A stretch of DNA of 64,000 nucleotides from Patescibacteria group bacterium (GTDB taxonomy: Bacteria > Patescibacteriota > Doudnabacteria > UBA920 > O2-02-FULL-48-8): positions 173,186 through 237,185 of the forward strand of contig DASUKB010000001.1 in NCBI GenBank assembly GCA_036278915.1, read 5' to 3'. Below the pieces are notes generated by a model. That model searched no databases. It had not been told where the DNA came from and was given only the letters and a program-made list of their open reading frames with translations. This document shows, one piece after another, positions 1-7,087 of the stretch (positions are counted from its first letter, which is position 1; the number at the start of each line of letters is the position of its first letter). Made by a program: the position numbers and the translations under genes.

Positions 1-217
1 TTTAGATGCGCCCATGACCGCTTGCTGGGCAATTTCGTCCGATCCCACGCCCGTGGTGGGCGATATTAACTTGGACCATATAGTCAACTCCATCGATTAT
101 TCGCTGCTTAATGCCAAATGGTTTACGACAGACGCCGCGAGCGACTTAAATCACGACGGGTTGGTAAATGCCATTGACTACTCCATACTCAACGAAAACT
201 GGTTTAAGACCTGGTGA
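1..217 (+). CDS. 3' end of a larger (secreted?) protein ending in two dockerin-like Ca-binding repeats; gene starts upstream of window
   Basis: Frame open to window edge. Tandem segments DINLDHIVNSIDYSLLNAKWF and DLNHDGLVNAIDYSILNENWF fit the dockerin type-I repeat pattern D-x-N-x-D-G-x-V-N-x-x-D...L. Confidence 0.5.
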   Translation, partial: LDAPMTACWAISSDPTPVVGDINLDHIVNSIDYSLLNAKWFTTDAASDLNHDGLVNAIDYSILNENWFKTW

Positions 218-295
218 TCTGTTTTGCAAAAAGAATTCTTTTTCATTATAATAAGTGTGTAAAACTAACTAAGAGAAACTAAAACACCAACCAAA

Positions 296-1279
296 ATGGC
301 TAAGTTTGATATTGTTTCCATTGGTGACACCACTATAGACGCCTTCATAGAAATCCATGAGGCTTCGGTGCACTGTAACATCAACCACGTTGACTGCCAG
401 CTCTGCCTGTCATTCGGCGACAAAATTCCCTACGAACAGCTGTCGCTAGTCCCGGCCTGCGGCAATTCGTCCAACAACGCCATTGGTTCGTCCAGGCTTG
501 GTATGCGCGATGCGTTCATAGGCGCAGTAGGCGACGACCATCAGGGCCAGCAGATTATAGACGAGCTTAAGCGCGAAGGCGTGGATACCCATATGATGAC
601 AGTCAATCGGGGCGTGCCCACAAATTTCCATTTCGTGCTGGTCTTTCGCGGTGAACGTACGATTTTGATAAAACACCAGAAATACCGCTACGACCTGCCG
701 GCCGCGTTGGACACGCAGTGGATTTATTTTTCGTCCATGGCCGCGGGCACAGAGAAATTTCATCATCAGTTCGGCAAATTCCTCGCCCAAAATTCTAAGA
801 TCCGGCTGGCGTTTAATCCGGGCACGTTTCAGATGCGCATGGGTGCGGCCAAGCTTGCTGAAATTTATAAGCACACGGAGCTATTGTTTCTCAACCGCGA
901 GGAAGCGCAGCTGGTGACCGGCCAGACAAATCGCGACATCCACAAACTGGCCCATGGCATGCACAAACTTGGCGCCAAGGTCGCCATCATCACAGATGGC
1001 CGCGACGGCAGTTACGCCTCCGACGGCACGAAAATCTGGTACGTGGATCACTTCCCAGCGCCGCGCGTGGAGGCCACGGGCGCAGGCGATGCCTACGGCA
1101 CCGGATTTACAGCGGCGATATTCCACGGGCTCACCATTCCCCAGGCTATGGTTTGGGGCACGGTCAACGGCGGCAACGTGGCGCTTAAAGTCGGCAGCCA
1201 TGCGGGTCTGCAAACAAAAAAACAGATTGAATCCTGGATCAAAAAGCACCCCAAGTTTAAAGCGAAAGAATATAAGTAA
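296..1279 (+). CDS. PfkB-family carbohydrate kinase (ribokinase/fructokinase/PFK-2-like)
   Basis: 327 aa. C-terminal EATGAGDAYGTGF matches the DT-x-GAGD signature of pfkB kinases. Located directly upstream of the glycolytic cluster. Confidence 0.8.
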   Translation: MAKFDIVSIGDTTIDAFIEIHEASVHCNINHVDCQLCLSFGDKIPYEQLSLVPACGNSSNNAIGSSRLGMRDAFIGAVGDDHQGQQIIDELKREGVDTHMMTVNRGVPTNFHFVLVFRGERTILIKHQKYRYDLPAALDTQWIYFSSMAAGTEKFHHQFGKFLAQNSKIRLAFNPGTFQMRMGAAKLAEIYKHTELLFLNREEAQLVTGQTNRDIHKLAHGMHKLGAKVAIITDGRDGSYASDGTKIWYVDHFPAPRVEATGAGDAYGTGFTAAIFHGLTIPQAMVWGTVNGGNVALKVGSHAGLQTKKQIESWIKKHPKFKAKEYK

Positions 1280-1467
1280 TGGTCGGAAAGAAATACGCCT
1301 TGGGTGTTGCATTCATTGTTGCGGGAGCGGGAGTTGCCTTGGTCGCCAGCAGGATTATATACGGAGAAAGTATTGGAATTCTAAAAGATGGGATTTTCGG
1401 CGGTTCGGGGATTATAAGTCTGGTAGGTTTTGTCTTTATAATTCAATCTTTTATGCCAGAAGAATAA
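1279..1467 (+). CDS. small hydrophobic protein (hypothetical, 2 predicted TM segments)
   Basis: 62-aa ORF. Start overlaps pfkB stop (TAATG). Gly/Ile/Val-rich hydrophobic composition. Confidence 0.35.
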   Translation: MVGKKYALGVAFIVAGAGVALVASRIIYGESIGILKDGIFGGSGIISLVGFVFIIQSFMPEE

Positions 1468-1470
1468 ACG

Positions 1471-1500
1471 GTACGTACCCGGTACGTACGACGTACGTAC
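1471..1500. promoter_or_regulatory. three GTACGTAC palindromic octamers phased at 11 bp (starts 1471, 1482, 1493); candidate operator for downstream AbrB-like ORF
   Basis: Sequence acgGTACGTACccgGTACGTACgacGTACGTACgaac read directly, ending 10 nt before ATG at 1511. Confidence 0.4.
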
Positions 1501-1510
1501 GAACAAAAAT

Positions 1511-1678
1511 ATGACTAAAGCAAAAATTACAAAAATCGGCGGTCATTCCAGTTCAATTGTTATTCCTGTCCGGATTATGAAAGACTTACACTGGAAAACA
1601 AAACAGAAAGTAGATGTTAAACGAGTCGCGCGCGGCGTGAAGATCACGGATGCAAGGAGTAAAAAACGCCGGCAATAA
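1511..1678 (+). CDS. unannotated 55-aa SpoVT/AbrB-MazE-like (swapped-hairpin) DNA-binding protein
   Basis: Below the 60-aa cutoff of the ORF track. MTKAKITKIGGHSSSIVIPVRIMKDLHWKTKQKVDVKRVARGVKITDARSKKRRQ. Pattern G-x-S-x-x-V-x-IP-x-x-[IL]...V-x-V matches MazE/AbrB N-domain. Clear paralog at 38736-38915 (-). Confidence 0.5.
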   Translation: MTKAKITKIGGHSSSIVIPVRIMKDLHWKTKQKVDVKRVARGVKITDARSKKRRQ

Positions 1679-1688
1679 CTAATGACGT

Positions 1689-1814
1689 AACCCCTCCCAA
1701 CCTCCCCTTATCTAGGGGGAGGAGTAAACCGAACCAGGCTGCAGCTTGGTTTACCCCCTCTTAGAATAAGAGGGGGTGCATAGCACGAGGGTTAACGGGG
1801 GAGTTAGAAACAAA
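1689..1814 (+). repeat. ~125-nt structured intergenic/leader element, copy 1 (three hairpins then GGGGGAGTTAGAAACAAA before ATG)
   Basis: About 90% identical to 3616-3750. Hairpins CCTCCCC/GGGGAGG, AACCAGGCTG/CAGCTTGGTT, ACCCCCTCTTA/TAAGAGGGGGT. Confidence 0.6.
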
Positions 1815-1816
1815 GC

Positions 1817-2251
1817 ATGAGCAAGTACAAAGTTCCATTCTATATATTGTTGGCGCTAGTTATTATTGCAATCGGATTGCTAGTCTACTACAAAGAAGTC
1901 AAAGCGCCGACTACGCAGCCCGCAACACAGAATAATTTGTCTACACCTCCTGTAACCGAAACTTCCCCTCCGGACAACACGCAACCCGAAACGACTCCTA
2001 CCACTGGCACGCTTGCCGGAACAGCAGATACCACAACCCTGCACATCAATAAAATTATTGTTTACAACTCTACTGGCAAAGTTGAAGTTTCTAGCACAAA
2101 TCTAAACGGCGATGGAAGCTTCAGCCTCACTCTTGCGCCAGGGGATTACATGATAGACTATGCGGCCAGCCCCGACCTGTACCCGCACTCACCGGAAAAA
2201 TTTTCCATAGTGGCCGGCCAGACGCACGAAGTGGACTATAGCGTGGAATAA
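1817..2251 (+). CDS. membrane-anchored hypothetical protein (N-terminal TM, Thr/Pro-rich linker, small beta-rich domain)
   Basis: 144-aa ORF immediately after leader element. Hydrophobic N-terminus FYILLALVIIAIGLLVYY. Confidence 0.6.
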   Translation: MSKYKVPFYILLALVIIAIGLLVYYKEVKAPTTQPATQNNLSTPPVTETSPPDNTQPETTPTTGTLAGTADTTTLHINKIIVYNSTGKVEVSSTNLNGDGSFSLTLAPGDYMIDYAASPDLYPHSPEKFSIVAGQTHEVDYSVE

Positions 2252-2255
2252 ATAT

Positions 2256-2450
2256 ATGAAGACAATTATTTTAATTTTAATTATCGGGTTTGCCGTTATT
2301 TACTGGCGAGGCACAAAAGCAATCTTCACCCAAGCGGGTATGGACTGCGACTGGCATGCGGTGTACGCCATTTGCAAAGAGCCAAGCAACAATCCTCAAA
2401 TGCCAAACATAATGGAAATTCTTAAGGCAGGAGCAAAACTGAAGAATTGA
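2256..2450 (+). CDS. small membrane protein, hypothetical
   Basis: 64-aa ORF with N-terminal TM helix, 4 nt after previous stop. Confidence 0.35.
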   Translation: MKTIILILIIGFAVIYWRGTKAIFTQAGMDCDWHAVYAICKEPSNNPQMPNIMEILKAGAKLKN

Positions 2451-2518
2451 CCTAATTACTAATTGATCTAATGTCTAAATTTTAGGTCAATTAGAAATTA
2501 ATAATTAGAAATTTTAAA
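2451..2518 (+). promoter_or_regulatory. conserved AT-rich upstream module copy 1 (palindrome CTAAATTTTAG + TCAATTAGAAATTAATAATTAGAAATTTT)
   Basis: Shared with 14730-14784 and 58966-59014, each directly upstream of an ATG. Confidence 0.45.
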
Positions 2519-3400
2519 ATGCTTGTACACATCGGCAAAATTATTCACAAAAAAATGCTCGGGCACTATGCGGTGCCGGCCTTCAATACGTCCAATTTGG
2601 AACTCACCCAGGGCATAATCCGCGCGGCCGAAGCGCAGAAGGCGCCTATAATTTTGCAAACGTCCGTGGGCGCGCTGGAGTACGCCGGCTTGGAAGAACT
2701 CATAGCCATAAACAAAGCCGCGGCCAGAGAAGCTTCCGTGCCTATCGCGCTGCACCAGGACCATTGCAAGGATTTTGAACTTATCAAAAAACTTATTGCG
2801 CACGGCTACTCGTCGGTCATGATCGATCTTTCCGCGTTGCCGTACGAAGACAACGTCAAACAGACGCGCGAGGTCGTAAAGTACGCGCACAATGCCGGTG
2901 TCTGGGTCCAGGCCGAAATCGGCAGATTGCTTGGCAACGAAGATTGGCAAAACGTCAAAAGCGGCGAGGATTTGGAAACCGATCCTGACGAGGCAGCCAA
3001 GTTTGTGGCATCCACAGGCGTAGACACGCTCGCCGTGGCGGTGGGCACCATGCACGGGATACCCGTGAATCCGGCCACGAAAAAAATTCTGCATACGCTC
3101 AAAGAGCATGTGGATTTGCCCAGGCTTCGGGCCATAGCTGCTAAAGTCAAAATTCCTCTGGTGCTCCATGGCGCTTCCGGCGTGCCGGATGTGCAGCTTA
3201 AAGAGGCGGTGAAAGAAAACGTGGCTATTTTCAATATCGACACGGATTTGCGCGTGGCGTTCAACGAAGCACTGCGGCAAAATATCAAAAAGAACCCACA
3301 GATTTATGATCCGAGGAAATTGTTGGCTCCGGCAACGGATGCTCTGCAAAAAGAAGCCGAGAAAAAGTTGCAAATTTTAGGAGCTTCAGGGAAAGCATAA
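2519..3400 (+). CDS. fba: class II fructose-1,6-bisphosphate aldolase
   Basis: 293 aa. Motifs HQDH (HLDH-like metal site) and LVLHGASG typical of class II FBA/tagatose-bisphosphate aldolase family. Confidence 0.9.
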   Translation: MLVHIGKIIHKKMLGHYAVPAFNTSNLELTQGIIRAAEAQKAPIILQTSVGALEYAGLEELIAINKAAAREASVPIALHQDHCKDFELIKKLIAHGYSSVMIDLSALPYEDNVKQTREVVKYAHNAGVWVQAEIGRLLGNEDWQNVKSGEDLETDPDEAAKFVASTGVDTLAVAVGTMHGIPVNPATKKILHTLKEHVDLPRLRAIAAKVKIPLVLHGASGVPDVQLKEAVKENVAIFNIDTDLRVAFNEALRQNIKKNPQIYDPRKLLAPATDALQKEAEKKLQILGASGKA

Positions 3401-3405
3401 ACATT

Positions 3406-3461
3406 GTCATTCTGAGCGAAGCGAAGAATCTTATAAGATCCTTCACTGCGTTCAGGATGAC
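3406..3461 (+). terminator. long imperfect hairpin in fba 3' region (plus-strand specific, contains G.U wobbles)
   Basis: GTCATTCTGAGCGAAGCGAAGAATC...TCACTGCGTTCAGGATGAC. Mismatches are T-G/G-T only on the plus-strand RNA. No T-tract. Confidence 0.35.
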
Positions 3462-3483
3462 AGGTAAAAATTAATTAAATTTT

Positions 3484-3606
3484 ATGGGTTTTGAAAAATG
3501 GCTGCACACAAAACTTGCGCCGTTTATACAAAATGAGGAAGAGTATCTGCTGATGATCGTGGGGCTGGCGGCAGTGGCTTTGTTTTTGTACGCAGTAATT
3601 AGTTGA
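3484..3606 (+). CDS. possible 40-aa membrane micro-protein
   Basis: ATG ORF MGFEKWLHTKLAPFIQNEEEYLLMIVGLAAVALFLYAVIS. Not in ORF track (<60 aa). No strong RBS. Confidence 0.2.
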   Translation: MGFEKWLHTKLAPFIQNEEEYLLMIVGLAAVALFLYAVIS

Positions 3607-3615
3607 ATAATTAAT

Positions 3616-3750
3616 AACCCCTTCCAACCTCCCCTTATGTTAAGAGGAGGAGTAGACTAAGACCAGGCTGCAGCTTGGTTTGGGTTTACCCCCTCTTAGA
3701 ATAAGAGGGGGTACGTAACACGAGGATTATCGGGGGAGTTAGAAACAAAT
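3616..3750 (+). repeat. structured intergenic/leader element, copy 2
   Basis: Near-identical to 1689-1814. Ends GGGGGAGTTAGAAACAAA, 5 nt before the gap ATG. Confidence 0.6.
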
Positions 3751-3755
3751 AATAT

Positions 3756-4814
3756 ATGAGCAAAATACGAGTTGCTATAAATGGTTTTGGTAGAATTGGC
3801 CGGCAAGCTTTTAAAATCGCCCTCACCAAACCAGAACTTGAAGTGGTGGCCATAAACGACCTCACCGAACCTGCCATACTGGCCCAGCTTTTGCGCTACG
3901 ACACCAACTACGGCCCATACGACAAAAAAGTGAGCAGCGACGAGGTGAAAGGAAAAGCCAACCCGACCACTTATTCCGTAGGAAATATTATTGTGGATGG
4001 GCAGAAAGTTCCGATATTCGCCGAGAAAGATCCAAGCGCTTTGCCCTGGAAAGATTTGGATGTGGATGTGGTACTTGAATCCACAGGAAGATTTATAACC
4101 ACAGAGGCGTCAAGTGCGCATCTTAAGGCCGGAGCCAAAAAAGTTATAATCTCCGCACCTGCCAAAGACGAAGGTATAACCCCGACATTTATAATCGGCG
4201 TCAACCACGACAAATATGCAGACCAGCAGATAATTTCCAACGCCTCCTGCACCACCAACTGCATCACTCCGGTAATTGCCGTGCTGCAGAGCAAATTCGG
4301 CATCAAGAAACTGATGATGTCCACGATTCATTCATACACCGCGGAGCAGAATTTGGTGGATGGCCCGCCGCCGGGCGGAAAGTCGCACGACATGCGCCGG
4401 GCTCGCGCCGCAGCCGTGAACATTATACCCACCTCCACGGGCGCCACTATCGCCACCACCGAAGCCATACCGGAATTGAAAGGCGCGCTGGCCGGCATGG
4501 CGTTCCGCGTGCCCACGCCAGTAGGGTCGCTCTCGGATTTCACGGTCATCCTCAACAAAAAAGTTACGGTGGAGGAAGTCAACCGCGCGTTTACCGAAAT
4601 GGCCAAACACCCGATGTGGGAAAACGTGCTTGAAGTGACCACCGAGCCTATCGTCTCAAGCGATATCATAGGCAACCCGCACTCGGCTATAGTGGATTTG
4701 TCGCTAACGCAGGTCGTGGACGGGGATATGGTGAAAGTAATCGCCTGGTACGACAACGAGTTCGGATATTCAAATAGATTCGTGGAGCAGGCAATATTGA
4801 TAGGAAAAAATTAA
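3756..4814 (+). CDS. gap: glyceraldehyde-3-phosphate dehydrogenase, type I
   Basis: 352 aa. NGFGRIGR Rossmann motif and catalytic SCTTNC. Confidence 0.95.
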   Translation: MSKIRVAINGFGRIGRQAFKIALTKPELEVVAINDLTEPAILAQLLRYDTNYGPYDKKVSSDEVKGKANPTTYSVGNIIVDGQKVPIFAEKDPSALPWKDLDVDVVLESTGRFITTEASSAHLKAGAKKVIISAPAKDEGITPTFIIGVNHDKYADQQIISNASCTTNCITPVIAVLQSKFGIKKLMMSTIHSYTAEQNLVDGPPPGGKSHDMRRARAAAVNIIPTSTGATIATTEAIPELKGALAGMAFRVPTPVGSLSDFTVILNKKVTVEEVNRAFTEMAKHPMWENVLEVTTEPIVSSDIIGNPHSAIVDLSLTQVVDGDMVKVIAWYDNEFGYSNRFVEQAILIGKN

Positions 4815-4818
4815 ACAA

Positions 4819-4899
4819 CACCCCCCGGCCTTCGGCCACACCCTCTTTAGTAAAGAGGGGGTGCGTACGCCAAGGGTTCGCGGGGGGAGTTCTAAAAAA
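4819..4899 (+). promoter_or_regulatory. leader element copy 3 (GGCC-TTC-GGCC hairpin, CCCTCTTTAG/TAAAGAGGGGG hairpin, GGGGGGAGTTCTAAAAAAATG)
   Basis: Shares hairpin + GGGGAGTTCTAAA architecture with five other sites. Confidence 0.5.
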
Positions 4900-6033
4900 A
4901 TGCCAGAGCAAAACCCACAATCAAATATTCCACCCGAAGAGCAATTTCGGCAGCCTGGTGCATTTGAGCATCATAAGCCGCATCGGTTTACCATAAACCA
5001 CATCGTGGCGTATGTGGCTTTGGGTATGCTCGGCCTGGCTATCGTGGCTGTGTCGTATTATTATCAGGTTTCAAATTATTTACCAGAACAACTGCAAAAC
5101 GTGATACATCATCCCAAGTCAACGGCCAGCTGTAACAGTACGGATATGGATCAGCTGCCAGTGTCTTGTGATGGACAAACCTCCCAAACCGACCCAACAG
5201 CCAACTGGAAAACTTATACGAACACTGATTTTGGATACGAGTTTAAGTATCCGAATAATTTAAATATTCAAAATGATGGTGGGGGAGCTATTTTTACGGA
5301 CGGCGCAGATTTTGGATCATCAGGTTACGATATATATGTGAGTCCTGACCAGGTAGGGGATGTAAATCTCACAAGCCGCGATGGTTATAAGGTTGAAAAG
5401 ATTGCCATTCCGACAATAACCGCATATGAAATCACGAAAGCTGGTTATGATCCGGAATTTTATATTGAGAACCAAAACGATCCAGGCAATTATATAAAGA
5501 TGGGCATTCAACAATATTGTGATTCGGGATCTGATTGTAAGTCTGGGGATGCTGGGAACTTATTGAATCAAATTTTATCTACTATCAAATTCCAGAATGA
5601 GTCAGCAGCACTATCAAATTTTACCTGGAAGACTTATGCGGACGATTCGGTTACTTTTGAATATCCAAGTGACTATACAATTAGTAGCCAGAAATCTGGA
5701 GTTGAAGAAGGCATTGATTTATCTGCGAATGGTATAAGCACTATAGGTATAACGAAGACTGTTACAGATGAATCAGCGGATGAAATTTTTAAAGATGCAG
5801 AGTATAATTTCAGCGTTAACAAACAAAATCCCGAAGATCAGCTAAATTACTTGACCATAGACGGATATAAGGCTATTAAATTGTATTATAGCGACTGGGA
5901 TATCGAAGATCACCTTTATAATTCAGAAATCACGATCCCGATGGGCGATACTGAATACAACTTGGTTTTTTCGGGAGCCCAAAACCAATTAACAAAATTT
6001 GACCAATTGGTTAATTCAATTAAATTTAAGTAA
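4900..6033 (+). CDS. secreted/membrane-anchored protein with two tandem WKxY...STFKF domains (paralog A)
   Basis: ORF track gives GTG 4861. ATG at 4900 follows the leader motif. TM anchor IVAYVALGMLGLAIVAV. Repeats WKTYTNTDFGYEFKYP and WKTYADDSVTFEYP. Domain ends STIKF and NSIKFK. Confidence 0.6.
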   Translation: MPEQNPQSNIPPEEQFRQPGAFEHHKPHRFTINHIVAYVALGMLGLAIVAVSYYYQVSNYLPEQLQNVIHHPKSTASCNSTDMDQLPVSCDGQTSQTDPTANWKTYTNTDFGYEFKYPNNLNIQNDGGGAIFTDGADFGSSGYDIYVSPDQVGDVNLTSRDGYKVEKIAIPTITAYEITKAGYDPEFYIENQNDPGNYIKMGIQQYCDSGSDCKSGDAGNLLNQILSTIKFQNESAALSNFTWKTYADDSVTFEYPSDYTISSQKSGVEEGIDLSANGISTIGITKTVTDESADEIFKDAEYNFSVNKQNPEDQLNYLTIDGYKAIKLYYSDWDIEDHLYNSEITIPMGDTEYNLVFSGAQNQLTKFDQLVNSIKFK

Positions 6034-6049
6034 GCTAATTAGACCGGTA

Positions 6050-7087
6050 ATGCCTGAAGTACCAACCCCAAAATCAAATACGCCGACAACGCCAGACATA
6101 CCAAAGACGCCGCCTACTGTACCGCTGCATAAGGACAGTTTTTTCCGCAGGCATTTGCTGGCGGAGTTACTGGCAACACTTCTGTTTGCGGCTACGGTTG
6201 GGGTGGTATTTTATATCTTCAGCTCCGTGCCAGTCGTGAATTTAAATCCAGTGCAGCATAAACCTGCAATTGATACATCAACTTGGAAAATATATGCCAA
6301 TGCTCAATATGGTTATCAGCTTAAATATCCATCGGATTGGCATGAATTTGATAGCACGCAAGGCGCTAGCTATGCAGATGACGAACAGAATATAGTTATG
6401 GAAGATGATATGCGTGCTGGAGAAGCAGAGATAGGACTACAGATTTCTGTATTGAAAAGTTCTTATCCTCTTACAATACCTTCGACTGATACGAATATAA
6501 ATGGTTATCCTGCTAAATACGATGCCTCTTTAAATTATTATGTTTTGCAGCACAATAATCGATACGTACAAATTAAGGAGTATAGTGATAATAACAAGCC
6601 GTCTGTGACAGATGCAATATTATCCACCTTCAAATTTACGGATAGAATTACTTCGGTAAATAGTTCTTGGAAAAAGTATCAAAACATTAAATATAATTAT
6701 AGTTTTGAATATCCTACAAAATGGGATTTGGTTCCGTGCGATGAAGATACGGTTCTTATATTCGGGCGATGTGCATCCGAAGGCACGCCGACTGTAAGTG
6801 TAAACGTGATTCCCAACTGGTCGCTTGATACATTTTATAATCAGCACCCAGATCTTACAGATCCACATAGTATAACTATTGCGGGTATACAGGCTGATGA
6901 ATTTGAATCTGTCGCACCTCCAATGGATGTTCCAGAACCTGGACCAACCCCAGGCACCAAATTAACTGCAATTGTATTTCAACACGGACCAGATGTGATT
7001 GATATTGGTCTGGCTCAAGAACCCGACGCAAATTTAACCAGCGATTTTAACCATATTATTTCCACTTTCAAATTTCTCAGTGATTAA
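6050..7087 (+). CDS. secreted/membrane-anchored tandem WKxY...STFKF domain protein (paralog B)
   Basis: ORF track starts at 5999 and overlaps A. ATG at 6050 avoids the overlap. Repeats WKIYANAQYGYQLKYP, WKKYQNIKYNYSFEYP. Domain ends STFKF. Confidence 0.55.
   Translation: MPEVPTPKSNTPTTPDIPKTPPTVPLHKDSFFRRHLLAELLATLLFAATVGVVFYIFSSVPVVNLNPVQHKPAIDTSTWKIYANAQYGYQLKYPSDWHEFDSTQGASYADDEQNIVMEDDMRAGEAEIGLQISVLKSSYPLTIPSTDTNINGYPAKYDASLNYYVLQHNNRYVQIKEYSDNNKPSVTDAILSTFKFTDRITSVNSSWKKYQNIKYNYSFEYPTKWDLVPCDEDTVLIFGRCASEGTPTVSVNVIPNWSLDTFYNQHPDLTDPHSITIAGIQADEFESVAPPMDVPEPGPTPGTKLTAIVFQHGPDVIDIGLAQEPDANLTSDFNHIISTFKFLSD

Noticed and set aside
1471-1500. Short tandem or phased repeats (GTACGTAC x3, AGTATTGAGTT x2) considered as CRISPR-like
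   Set aside because: Only 2-3 units with 3-nt spacers or none, and no cas genes. Interpreted as operator-like sites instead.
446-1514. Antisense and alternate-frame ORFs inside the pfkB kinase gene (446-874 -, 881-1312 -, 954-1514 +)
   Set aside because: They fully overlap a gene with a clear family signature. They have Arg/Ala/Gly-rich composition typical of wrong-frame translation of GC-richer coding DNA, and no RBS.
2498-3373. 291-aa and 160-aa minus-strand ORFs inside fba
   Set aside because: They are antisense to a confidently identified class II aldolase, with no start context. Treated as shadow ORFs.
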